A DNA stretch of 64,000 nt from Nitrospirota bacterium (GTDB lineage Bacteria > Nitrospirota > Thermodesulfovibrionia > Thermodesulfovibrionales > JdFR-88), in contig JAKAKS010000009.1 in NCBI GenBank assembly GCA_021813405.1, positions 26,390 to 90,389 on the forward strand, read 5' to 3'. A program made the translations under genes and the position numbers. This document shows, piece by piece, positions 1 through 8,362 of this stretch; position 1 is the first letter of the stretch, and each line of letters starts with the position of its first letter. The notes under the pieces are model-generated. The model saw only the letters and a list, made by a program, of their open reading frames with translations. It had not been told where the DNA came from and searched no databases.

Positions 1-698
1 TCAATCCCCGCCGCAGTCCCTTCAAACTCCATCTCACCGGCCTTTATTTTCACCTTTCTCCCAATTGTATCCGAAATTCCCGTGTAAGCCTTCAATAATT
101 TCTGCACACCCTTTTCGCCCTCTTTGCGGAGTACTGAAAGCCAGTAGCCAAATTCCCGGCAGACGGCCGCTATCAGGGCGTTGCGGTCCGCCATTTCGCC
201 GGTTTCGGCAAATACGGATGTGGCGGTGCGCGCTATATCTTCAGGGAAAGATTCCTTTGGCATGTTCACGTTAATTCCGATGCCCGCAACCGACACCTGC
301 GCCCTGCCTGGGCCAAAGCGGGTTTCAAGGAGTATGCCTCCAAGCTTTTTGCTTTTTCCGGCAAGCAGGTCATTTGGCCACTTAAGCCTTATATCCAGCC
401 CTGTTACTGCCTTTATGGCCAGCGCGGAGGCCAGCCCTGCCGCAATGGAAAGAAGCGGTGACTTCCTTTGGGATATTGCTGGCAAAAAGGCAATGCTCAT
501 ATAGATATTGGAACCGGCTGGTGAATGCCAGGCCCTGCCAAGCCTTCCTCTTCCGGAGGTCTGGCGGTCCGCTACCACAAGGATACCTTCAGCAAGGTGT
601 GCAAGCATTGCGCCGTTGGCGGTTTTGGCGGCAAAGTCGTTTGTGGATCCCAGGCTTTTTCTGGCTATGATTTTTCTGCCAGGCAGAAGCTTGCGCAG
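1..698 (-). CDS. birA: biotin--[acetyl-CoA-carboxylase] ligase (class I BirA); the C-terminal end runs off the window start
   Basis: This is my own minus-strand translation and is not in the ORF track. It reads ...GSTNDFAAK...ILVVADRQTSGRGRLGRAWHSPAGSNIYMSIAF...LKWPNDLL...GGILLE...GIGINVN, which shows the GRGRxGRxW and KWPND BirA motifs. The frame is open from 743 downward, but no ATG, GTG or TTG precedes the GSTND motif. Position 698 is a CTG, so the start is uncertain. Confidence 0.8.
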   Translation of the reverse strand, partial: MRKLLPGRKIIARKSLGSTNDFAAKTANGAMLAHLAEGILVVADRQTSGRGRLGRAWHSPAGSNIYMSIAFLPAISQRKSPLLSIAAGLASALAIKAVTGLDIRLKWPNDLLAGKSKKLGGILLETRFGPGRAQVSVAGIGINVNMPKESFPEDIARTATSVFAETGEMADRNALIAAVCREFGYWLSVLRKEGEKGVQKLLKAYTGISDTIGRKVKIKAGEMEFEGTAAGI

Positions 699-723
699 TT
701 TTTGAGAATTAAGGTCCGTAACG

Positions 724-1482
724 CTACTCTTCCAGCGGCAATATTACAACTTTTATTTTGCCGGCGAGGTCTTTCTCAAATTGCACGGCATCTTCCTTTG
801 TGCCCACTATGGAGCCGTAATGCATCGGTATGGCCACCTCCGGATTTATATCCATCGCGGCCTCCGCGGCCTCTTTGGCGGTCATCACGTAGGTCCCGGA
901 AACAGGCATAAGCGCAATATCCGCCCTGAACCCTTTCATTTCGGGTATCCTGTCCGTGTCCCCGGCAAGATATATTCTTTTGCCTGCCACTGTAAAAATG
1001 TAGCCCACCCATTCGTTGCTTTTGGGGTGGAATTTCTTGTTAGGGTTGTAGGCAGGCACGGCCTCAATGTCCACGCCATCCACGGTTAGCCTGTCCCCCG
1101 GCTTTACCAGCTCTATTTCGCCGGTTAGTTTGGCCGCGCAGTCCGTGGGGGCAACTATGATTGTGTCGGGGCCGGTCAGTTTTTCCACATCCTCGGGGGA
1201 GCAATGATCATAATGTTCATGGGTTATGAGTATCAGGTCTGCCTTCATGGGGTTTTTGATCTTGAACGGGTCCGTGTATATCACCTTTTCCCGCCCGTGC
1301 TCCCTGACGATGATCCTGAATGCGTCGTGCCCAAGCCAGTGGATGTCTTTAACAATTTCCATGGTCCCTCCGTTTGATTCAGCGGAAACAGGCCTTCCTA
1401 TCACCCAAAAAAAGGATGCAAACAGAAAAATTGCCAGTATTTGCACGTGTTTTTTGGGAATAATTCGACGCGCCTGTCTCAT
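724..1482 (-). CDS. MBL-fold metal-dependent hydrolase with an N-terminal signal or anchor sequence
   Basis: The 252-aa ORF carries the THEHYDH metallo-beta-lactamase motif. The WLGHDAFRI core is preceded by about 40 aa containing a hydrophobic stretch, ILAIFLFASFFWVIGRPVSA. Confidence 0.8.
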   Translation of the reverse strand: MRQARRIIPKKHVQILAIFLFASFFWVIGRPVSAESNGGTMEIVKDIHWLGHDAFRIIVREHGREKVIYTDPFKIKNPMKADLILITHEHYDHCSPEDVEKLTGPDTIIVAPTDCAAKLTGEIELVKPGDRLTVDGVDIEAVPAYNPNKKFHPKSNEWVGYIFTVAGKRIYLAGDTDRIPEMKGFRADIALMPVSGTYVMTAKEAAEAAMDINPEVAIPMHYGSIVGTKEDAVQFEKDLAGKIKVVILPLEE

Positions 1483-1878
1483 TTTTAGTCCACAATTATA
1501 TCATAGGGGGCATGATGGAAGCCTATGAGGGGCGGACGGCTGGACGACAAAAACGGCTTTCAAAATCCATGATAAAAATATAAAGTACAGGCGGGTGACT
1601 TTGATTGTCATTCCTGCGATCAAACCCGTAATCAAAGCGCGCCGGGAATTTTCCGAAAGATGGGGAAAGATTCCGGACAAGCCGGAATGACCTTTTTGAG
1701 CTTGTGAATGGGAGACGGAAAGGGCATCTCAAATCTGGGGACTTGCGGGAAATTTTCGGAAGCTGCGGCTGGTACAAGCCCTCATCCAATTATTCAGACA
1801 AGATCCTTAACTCATACGAGTGGAAGGATCTTAAATTCTTGCAGGATTATGGAAAACAGGAAGGGGGGAGGAAATAAA

Positions 1879-2670
1879 TCAGCTTCTAATCCCCAGATAC
1901 CGTAGCGGATTATCATGGGCCGCCTTTCGTATTTCCTCCGGGCCAATCCCCATCTTGATAAGCAAAGGCACGCACTCTGAAAGTGTCAAGCCGCCGCCCA
2001 TGAGTTTTCCATTTTTCATGACAGGCTTTCCGGTTTTCCCTTTAACAGAATCCGAAACCAGCAACACCCGATTGGGCCCTTTCATTTTAAATACCATACG
2101 GACGGCCTCCGGGCTGACGTGCGCGCCGTCCCCGATAAGCTCAACGTAAATGTCCTCATCCAGCAGGGCGAATCCGGCCAGCCCCGGCTCCCTGTGATGA
2201 AAAGGCCTCATCGCGTTAAATAAATGAGTTGCGCCGGTGGCCCCGGCTTTTTTGCCAGCCAGGGCTCCTTTATATGTTGCATCCGAATGGCCCATGGTTA
2301 CGCGGATCCCCATTGAAGCGCACCGCTCTATCAGCTTGAGCGCGCCGGGCAGTTCCGGGGCTATGGTGATTATTTTTATTGCGTCTTCGAAACCGGAGAC
2401 GAGTTTTTTAAATGCGCTAAGGGAAGGCGCAAGGAAATGTTTTTGACTAAGCGCACCGCATCTTGAAGGGTTTAGAAACGGCCCCTCCAGATTTATGCCG
2501 CCAATCAAATCCGAGGCCTGCATCGCTTCCAGGCAGGCGGCCATAGCGGCCCGCATATCCTCAATGGAAGATGTATATACGGTTGGGAATATCAGGGTGG
2601 GGTTGCTTGTGTTGTGCAGTTTCGCAAGTTTAAGAATGGTCCTGGCGTTTACAGCGCCTGAAGGACGCAA
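1879..2670 (-). CDS. NagA-like amidohydrolase (N-acetylglucosamine-6-phosphate deacetylase family), N-terminally short
   Basis: The NagA-type blocks GPFLNP, ITIAPELPGA, GHSDATY, THLFNAM and ELIGDGAHV are present. The tracked start at 2670 is a TTG. The frame continues upstream and encodes FDFIDIHTHGFGKSG, the metal-binding HxH motif, with no canonical start codon (see findings). Confidence 0.7.
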   Translation of the reverse strand: MRPSGAVNARTILKLAKLHNTSNPTLIFPTVYTSSIEDMRAAMAACLEAMQASDLIGGINLEGPFLNPSRCGALSQKHFLAPSLSAFKKLVSGFEDAIKIITIAPELPGALKLIERCASMGIRVTMGHSDATYKGALAGKKAGATGATHLFNAMRPFHHREPGLAGFALLDEDIYVELIGDGAHVSPEAVRMVFKMKGPNRVLLVSDSVKGKTGKPVMKNGKLMGGGLTLSECVPLLIKMGIGPEEIRKAAHDNPLRYLGIRS

Positions 2671-2716
2671 CCCGCTTTTACCAAAACCATGAGTGTGGAT
2701 GTCTATAAAATCGAAA

Positions 2717-3160
2717 TTATTTCTTCGCAGTCTTCCGCGCCTTCTCTTTTACCTGCTCTATTTCGTATCCGTCTACCGCGTGCTGGTCGCGCCGTTTTAT
2801 CAGAAGCCAGTTCTTGGGCCCCGCTTTTTTCATCTGCGTAAGGGCGAACTGGCCTTTAAGTTTGCGGCCTTCCAGCCTGAATTCAAGGATACCCTTTTCA
2901 GGGCCTCCTTTGTCCAGCACGAATTTGCCCTTGTCCCAGATAAAGACCTCTCCCGCGCCGTACTGGCCTTCCGGGATTGTGCCTTCAAAGCCGCCGTACT
3001 CAAGGGGGTGGTCCTCAACCATCACGGCCAGCCGCTTGTCTTTGGGGTCCATAGAGGGGCCTTTGGGAACGGCCCAGCTCTTTAAAACCCCTTCCATCTC
3101 CAGCCTGAAGTCCCAGTGCAGATGTGACGCATGGTGTTCATGCACAACAAAGACCGCCAT
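2717..3160 (-). CDS. stand-alone DNA ligase D 3'-phosphoesterase (LigD-PE) domain protein
   Basis: The 147-aa ORF reads [65 protein letters not shown], which matches the LigD PE domain signature. No ligase, polymerase or Ku gene is present in the window. Confidence 0.8.
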   Translation of the reverse strand: MAVFVVHEHHASHLHWDFRLEMEGVLKSWAVPKGPSMDPKDKRLAVMVEDHPLEYGGFEGTIPEGQYGAGEVFIWDKGKFVLDKGGPEKGILEFRLEGRKLKGQFALTQMKKAGPKNWLLIKRRDQHAVDGYEIEQVKEKARKTAKK

Positions 3161-3874
3161 TTATTCCTGCCTTATCCTCAGGATTAATAAAAGGACGCTT
3201 CCCGCCACAAACAGGAAGCCCCCCTTTAATGCCCAGGGAGCGCCAGGCTCCCTGCTTACCTCTATCAGGGCCATCGGGCCGGGTTTAAAGCTGACGTCCT
3301 CCAGGTAAAAACCGAAACCGTTAAAGAAAACCGGCCTGTTGGGGGCCATATAGCCCTCTTTAACAATTGTACCGTCCTTTAGAAAGCTGAGCCAGGCCTT
3401 CCAGCCTATGGTGGTCCCGCCGGGGGATTTTTCGGACTTGAATTTCGTAAATTCCACCGAAACATTCTTGCCAGCAAACGGGGCCGCCGCCTGCTGGCCG
3501 TAAGCCAGGTAACCTTCCATCCTGTAACCCCATATCGAGCTGACCAGGTGGGCAATGATTATAAAAATAAACCCAAGATGTATTATCTGCGGGGCAAGCG
3601 CAAGCATTATCCCCTGCTTTTTTTTAAGGGACTCTATGCTGCATGCAACGGTGGATACGGCAAGCAGCGCAGCAAGCCCTACCGAGCCCCAAAGCCAGAA
3701 GGACAGAGAAATGGGTGCGTTAATCATCCATTTTAAAAGCGCCCCGAAGGTCAAATCCCCGTAAGCCGGGACGATGGTCATATCGATAGAGCCGTACAGA
3801 AAAAGTGCGGCTATGGCGGCCATGAGTATCAGTGCCGTCTTCATGGAGGCAAATATGTTCCAGAGTTTTTTCAT
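3161..3874 (-). CDS. short ResB/Ccs1-like cytochrome c biogenesis membrane protein
   Basis: The 237-aa ORF has the ResB-type N-terminal TM (FASMKTALILMAAIAALFLYGS). Its C-terminal block NRPVFFNGFGFY...EPGAPWALKGGFLFVAGSVLLLIL parallels the 519-aa ResB at 19118. It directly follows a CcsA-like gene. Confidence 0.6.
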   Translation of the reverse strand: MKKLWNIFASMKTALILMAAIAALFLYGSIDMTIVPAYGDLTFGALLKWMINAPISLSFWLWGSVGLAALLAVSTVACSIESLKKKQGIMLALAPQIIHLGFIFIIIAHLVSSIWGYRMEGYLAYGQQAAAPFAGKNVSVEFTKFKSEKSPGGTTIGWKAWLSFLKDGTIVKEGYMAPNRPVFFNGFGFYLEDVSFKPGPMALIEVSREPGAPWALKGGFLFVAGSVLLLILRIRQE

Positions 3875-3887
3875 TTAACAGTTTTAC

Positions 3888-4595
3888 TTAAAAAGAATGC
3901 GAGCTTTTCATCAAAAGCCCCACCCCAACATAAGTGAAAAGCACTATCACAAAGCCGATGGCCCCCGTCCATACGGCCTTCCTGCCGTACCAGAACGGCC
4001 TGAAGCGGGCGTGCAGATAAAAGCCGTAATAAAGCCACAGGATAGATGTCCACAGCTCTTTAGGGGTCCACAGCCAGTAAGTGGCCCACGCATAATAGGC
4101 CCATATGCCGCCGATTATCATTGAAACGCTGAACAGCACGTATCCAAACAGGATGGCCTTGTACTGCCTTTTTTCAATTACCGGATCGGGCTGTGCCAGA
4201 TACAAAACCCCAAGAAATGCGCCTATGCCAAAAAGCGCATAAGAAAAAAAGGAGAGGGCTACGTGGAATTCAAAATAATAGGTGCTAAGCACGGCAGGAA
4301 GCGGGCCTTCATGCGGGGGCGAGAAAACGGCCGCAAATGTGATGGCAATGGCCGTGCCTGCCAGCATCAACCTGAACAATCTTTTTTCCGAAAGCAGCTT
4401 GTAAAAGGGTACTGAAAACGCGACGATGCTTGCGGTAAGGAAGATAAGAGTATCGTGCAGCCCAACAAGGGGCAGCCTGCCCAGATGAAACCCCCTGGAA
4501 AGCAGGTCCGCGGATTGGGCGGCAAGCCCCGCATAAAGGGCGGGCCACCACCAGAGCCCGATCACATAAAAAAACACGGATGCCGATTCCAGCAT
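3888..4595 (-). CDS. CcsA/ResC-like cytochrome c assembly protein (divergent Trp-rich motif)
   Basis: The 235-aa polytopic ORF carries the Trp-rich segment GGIWAYYAWATYWLWTPKELWTSILWLYYGFYLHAR. The canonical form is WGxxWxWDPKE...YLHAR, so here Asp is replaced by Thr. Confidence 0.7.
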   Translation of the reverse strand: MLESASVFFYVIGLWWWPALYAGLAAQSADLLSRGFHLGRLPLVGLHDTLIFLTASIVAFSVPFYKLLSEKRLFRLMLAGTAIAITFAAVFSPPHEGPLPAVLSTYYFEFHVALSFFSYALFGIGAFLGVLYLAQPDPVIEKRQYKAILFGYVLFSVSMIIGGIWAYYAWATYWLWTPKELWTSILWLYYGFYLHARFRPFWYGRKAVWTGAIGFVIVLFTYVGVGLLMKSSHSF

Positions 4596-4601
4596 CAGCT
4601 A

Positions 4602-6035
4602 TTATGGCTCTTTGGGGAAGATTTTTCCCGGGTTTAAAAGCCCTTCCGGATCGAACGTCCTTTTTATCCCGCGCATCAGCTCCATAACAGCAGGGGATAT
4701 CTCCATGCCGATGTAATCTTTTTTTGTAAGCCCTATGCCATGCTCTCCGGATATGCTGCCGCCTAATTCCAGGGTGCGGGCAAATAGATCGGTAATCAGG
4801 GCGGTTATATTGGAGGCCCCCTGTGAAAGGTCTTCAGGAAGGATGTTTACGTGCAGGTTGCCGTCCCCGGCATGGCCGAAGGCGGCCATTGGCACGCCAT
4901 GTTTGCCTGATATGTTTGAGATGGAGGCCAGCATCTCCGGTATCCTGCTTGGCGGCACCACAATGTCCTCACTTAACTTGCGGGGACAAAAATTGTACAA
5001 GGCCGGGGAAAGGCTGCGGCGTGCCTTCCACAGCGCGTCCTTTGCAAACTCATCCTCTGCCATTGTGACCTCGGCATCAAGCTTGCTGCACACGTCAACA
5101 ATCTTTCCCGCCTCGTCGCGTATCGTGTTTGGGTGCCCGTCCAGCTCTATAAGCAGCAGCGCGCCCGCGTTGTGAGGCAGGCCCGTTGGGCTGTAATGCT
5201 CCACGGCAGATATCGAAGCGCGGTCCATAATCTCCAGCGTGCGCGGTATTGTCCCACCGGCTATGATGCTGGAAACAGCATGGCCGGCGGATTCGGCCGA
5301 ATCAAAGACGGCAAGAAGTGTAATTATCTCCTGCGGAACTGGCAATACCTTTAGCTTTATTTTTGTTATTACCGCTAAAGTCCCTTCGGAGCCGGTAAGG
5401 AGCTTTGCAAGATTATAGCCCACCACCGATTTCCTTGTGCCAGCGCCCGTTTTTATGATTTCCCCGGAGGGTAAAACCGCCTCCAGCTCCAGTACATAAT
5501 CCGCCGTTACGCCGTATTTGAGCGCGCGCGGCCCGCCTGCGTTCTCCGCAACGTTGCCGCCCAGGGTGCAGAATTCCATGCTGGTTGGGTCCGGAGGGTA
5601 GAAAAGCCCGTAAACAGACAGTTCCCGCTGAAGCCTCCCGTTTATCATGCCAGGCTCCACCGTTACCGTGAGATTGCTGCTGTCTATATCCAGCAGGCGG
5701 TTCATCCTCTCCATGCTGAGCACAAGCAATGAAGGAGAAATGCCCGCCTGGGAGGCAACTGGCACCGCCCCGCCGCTCATTCCAGTGCCCGTCCCCCTTG
5801 GCACAACTTTCATGCCGTTTTCCCTGGCATGCTTGAGCACCTTTGCCACTTCACCGGCGCTTTGGGGCCAGGCAACGGCTGAAGGCCGTCCGGTGCGCCC
5901 TGAGGAATCGAAGCCGTACGCCAGAAGGTCTTCCGGCCCAGTGGAAAAATTCTTTGCCGGCAGGGGTGAGGTTTCTTTCTCTTTTTCTTCTTTAGATTTT
6001 TCTTTCCCGGGCCAAATCATGAAAACAGTCCCCAA
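4602..6035 (-). CDS. FAD-linked oxidase (GlcD / D-lactate dehydrogenase family)
   Basis: The 477-aa ORF has an FAD-binding PCMH-type N-terminal half (VVPRGTGTGMSGGAVP). Its C-terminal half contains FGHAGDGNLHVNI and GGSISGEHGIGL.K, which are typical of GlcD-like enzymes. Confidence 0.8.
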   Translation of the reverse strand: MGTVFMIWPGKEKSKEEKEKETSPLPAKNFSTGPEDLLAYGFDSSGRTGRPSAVAWPQSAGEVAKVLKHARENGMKVVPRGTGTGMSGGAVPVASQAGISPSLLVLSMERMNRLLDIDSSNLTVTVEPGMINGRLQRELSVYGLFYPPDPTSMEFCTLGGNVAENAGGPRALKYGVTADYVLELEAVLPSGEIIKTGAGTRKSVVGYNLAKLLTGSEGTLAVITKIKLKVLPVPQEIITLLAVFDSAESAGHAVSSIIAGGTIPRTLEIMDRASISAVEHYSPTGLPHNAGALLLIELDGHPNTIRDEAGKIVDVCSKLDAEVTMAEDEFAKDALWKARRSLSPALYNFCPRKLSEDIVVPPSRIPEMLASISNISGKHGVPMAAFGHAGDGNLHVNILPEDLSQGASNITALITDLFARTLELGGSISGEHGIGLTKKDYIGMEISPAVMELMRGIKRTFDPEGLLNPGKIFPKEP

Positions 6036-6123
6036 AAAATGTATCTATTATATTACCCGAATCAATTGGATAAATGCGGATTCGCCCGCGCGGAAGAAAG
6101 GGGGCAGTGGCGCTTAAATAAGA

Positions 6124-6414
6124 TTAAGCGCCTGTTATCTCGGCAACCTCCGATGCGCCGCCCTCAAGCTCTCGGACCTGCTCGTCATCCATGCGAAGCA
6201 GCATTGCCTGGAACTCGCCCACATGGGTCTTTTCCTCCCTGGCCACGCTAAGCATTACCTTGCGTATGTCCTCGTTGCTGGTTGCCAGCGCTATCTGTTC
6301 ATAGAAGTTAACGGCATCCAGTTCGGCCATTATTGCCAGTCTTAAAAACTCCTTGTCAACATTCGCTTTTGCCTCAAGCAGCGTCTTTAAATCCAGCGGG
6401 TTTATCGAAAACAT
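6124..6414 (-). CDS. small ferritin-like protein resembling encapsulated ferritin (EncFtn)
   Basis: The 96-aa ORF has AIMAELDAVNFYEQ and AREEKTHVGEFQAMLLRMD, which parallel the EncFtn di-iron ligand blocks (ELEAVDWYDQ / DEEKEHAAM.LEWLRR). It has no recognisable C-terminal encapsulin targeting peptide. Confidence 0.55.
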   Translation of the reverse strand: MFSINPLDLKTLLEAKANVDKEFLRLAIMAELDAVNFYEQIALATSNEDIRKVMLSVAREEKTHVGEFQAMLLRMDDEQVRELEGGASEVAEITGA

Positions 6415-6565
6415 GGCGCCCTCCTCAAATTTAGGATGGTTAAATTTTCAACCGGGAGCGCCTCCGGTGTCAAGCTGGCGGCTCATATACAGGGGGATAT
6501 AGGTTATACTTTATATACAACCCGCTTGTTTCTGTTAAAAAAGCGTCAAAGGAGAACCCTTTTTC

Positions 6566-8146
6566 ATGTATACGAATTTTAATGAGTTTGGCATTTCGGA
6601 CAAGGTGCTGATAGCGCTTTCGGAGATGGGGTTTGAAGCCCCCACCCCCATACAGCAGGCCGCAATGCCGCAGGCGCTGAAAGGCAAGGACATTATCGGC
6701 CAGGCACAGACCGGAACAGGCAAAACAGCCGCCTTCGGGATCCCGTTGCTTGAAAAACGCCCCGAAATGAGGGGCAAATATCCCTATGCCATCGTCCTTA
6801 CGCCCACGCGCGAACTGGCGGTGCAGGTATGCGAGGAGTTGAACAAGCTTGGGGCGCGCACCGGTGTTTACACCCTGCCCGTGTATGGCGGGCAGTCCAT
6901 AGAGTTGCAGATAAAAAGCCTGAAAAGAGGGGTGGACATAGTTGTGGGCACGCCGGGGCGGCTTCTGGACCACATGCAAAGGAAATCCCTTGTCCTTAAA
7001 GGCATAACATCCGTGGTAATCGACGAGGCCGACGAGATGCTTAATATGGGGTTTATCGAGGACGTCAAGAAAATACTTGGTGAAATCCCCGCGGAGCGGC
7101 AAACCATGCTGTTTTCCGCCACCATGCCAAAAGAGATCTTAAACATAGCCAAAAACTACATGGAAAAACCCGTGCACGTCAAGGTGGACGCCGGGGAGAT
7201 GGTGGCCGCCAAGATAAAGCAGGTGTTTTACGAGGTGCGCGAGGAAGACAAGGTGAATGCGCTTACCCGTCTTCTGGATGTTGAAGGGCCGGCCCTTACT
7301 CTTGTATTTTGCCATACCAAAAAAGAGGTTGACGAGGTGTCGGGCAAGCTTCAGCAAATGGGGTATCCGGCTGGCGCCATCCACGGGGATTTTACCCAGA
7401 ACCACAGAAACGAGATGATGCGCAAATTTAAAAACGGGGACATAGACGTGCTGGTGGCAACCGATGTGGCCGCCAGGGGGCTGGATATTCCCGACGTTTC
7501 ACACGTCATAAACTTCAGCACACCGCAGTATCCGGAGGCCTATATTCACCGCATAGGCAGAACGGGCAGGGCGGGCAAATCCGGCATAGCCATAACGCTG
7601 GTTACGCCCCGGCAATACGGCCAGCTCCGGTTGATCGAGCGCTCCGCCAAGACGCGCATCACCAAGGAAAAGCTGCCCACGCAGGCTGAAGTGAAAAAGG
7701 CCCGGGAAAACGATCTTGCCGAAAGCATCGAGGAAGTTATAACCGAAGGCAGGCATGCGGCGTTTTATCAAATGGCCAATGCTCTTATAGAGAAACATTC
7801 AGCGGAAGATGTTGCGGCTGCGGCCGTGTATATGATGCTTGGCGGCGAAAGGATTGAGGAGATAGAGGAGATCAGGGGCGGAGGCTACGAAGGCGGCAAG
7901 AAGGATGTTACGCGCCTCTTCATGACAGTAGGCCGCAAGGACAAGATAAGGGTGGAAGACATTATTAGGTCCATTGCCGCGGAGGCAAACATCCCCGCCC
8001 GCAAGGTGGGCAATATCTCCATCTATGATACCTTCAGCTTTGTGGAAGTGCCTGCGGACCTGGCCGACAGGGTGATACATGCGGTAAACGACAGCATTGT
8101 TAAAGGGAGAAAGGTTAAGGTAAGCCACGCCAAGAGCAAGAGATAG
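6566..8146 (+). CDS. DEAD-box ATP-dependent RNA helicase with a DbpA-type C-terminal RNA-binding domain
   Basis: The 526-aa ORF carries the Q-motif, AQTGTGKT, DEAD, SAT and HRIGRTGRAG. The C-terminal RLFMTVGRKDKIRVEDII...VEV block resembles the DbpA/CsdA RNA-binding domain. Confidence 0.95.
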   Translation: MYTNFNEFGISDKVLIALSEMGFEAPTPIQQAAMPQALKGKDIIGQAQTGTGKTAAFGIPLLEKRPEMRGKYPYAIVLTPTRELAVQVCEELNKLGARTGVYTLPVYGGQSIELQIKSLKRGVDIVVGTPGRLLDHMQRKSLVLKGITSVVIDEADEMLNMGFIEDVKKILGEIPAERQTMLFSATMPKEILNIAKNYMEKPVHVKVDAGEMVAAKIKQVFYEVREEDKVNALTRLLDVEGPALTLVFCHTKKEVDEVSGKLQQMGYPAGAIHGDFTQNHRNEMMRKFKNGDIDVLVATDVAARGLDIPDVSHVINFSTPQYPEAYIHRIGRTGRAGKSGIAITLVTPRQYGQLRLIERSAKTRITKEKLPTQAEVKKARENDLAESIEEVITEGRHAAFYQMANALIEKHSAEDVAAAAVYMMLGGERIEEIEEIRGGGYEGGKKDVTRLFMTVGRKDKIRVEDIIRSIAAEANIPARKVGNISIYDTFSFVEVPADLADRVIHAVNDSIVKGRKVKVSHAKSKR

Positions 8147-8290
8147 CGTCCGGAGGCATCACCAGAGCCGGTAATCGACACTGCAAGCCTCCCTGGGATG
8201 CAAGGTCTTTTGGCAAGGCCTGACCCCATGGCCCTTTTTTACCAAAGGAAGCGGCAGCCCCATCGCAAAAAAACCTGGCTTTTTTGTTTG

Positions 8291-8319
8291 TTGCCCTGGC
8301 CAACACCATCCTGTATACT
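8291..8319 (+). promoter_or_regulatory. putative sigma-70 promoter for the beta-propeller/cupredoxin pair
   Basis: TTGCCC lies at 8291-8296, followed by a 17-nt spacer and TATACT at 8314-8319. This sits 44 nt upstream of the ATG at 8363. Confidence 0.35.
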
Positions 8320-8362
8320 TTTTTTAAAACCGGCGCAACAAAGAAGGGGTGTAAAGAACACC

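Noticed and set aside
1598-1691. Palindromic block GTCATTCC...GGAAAGATTCCGGACAAGCCGGAATGAC with nested stems (CTTTGATT/AATCAAAG) as another repeat family.
   Set aside because: Only one copy occurs in this window, so repetitiveness cannot be shown from the data given. It is left as a possible stem-loop or REP-like sequence to check genome-wide.
4602-6123. Encapsulin shell gene downstream of the EncFtn-like gene.
   Set aside because: The downstream ORF is clearly a GlcD-type FAD oxidase. No ORF in the window has the length or character of an HK97-fold shell protein that I could recognise.
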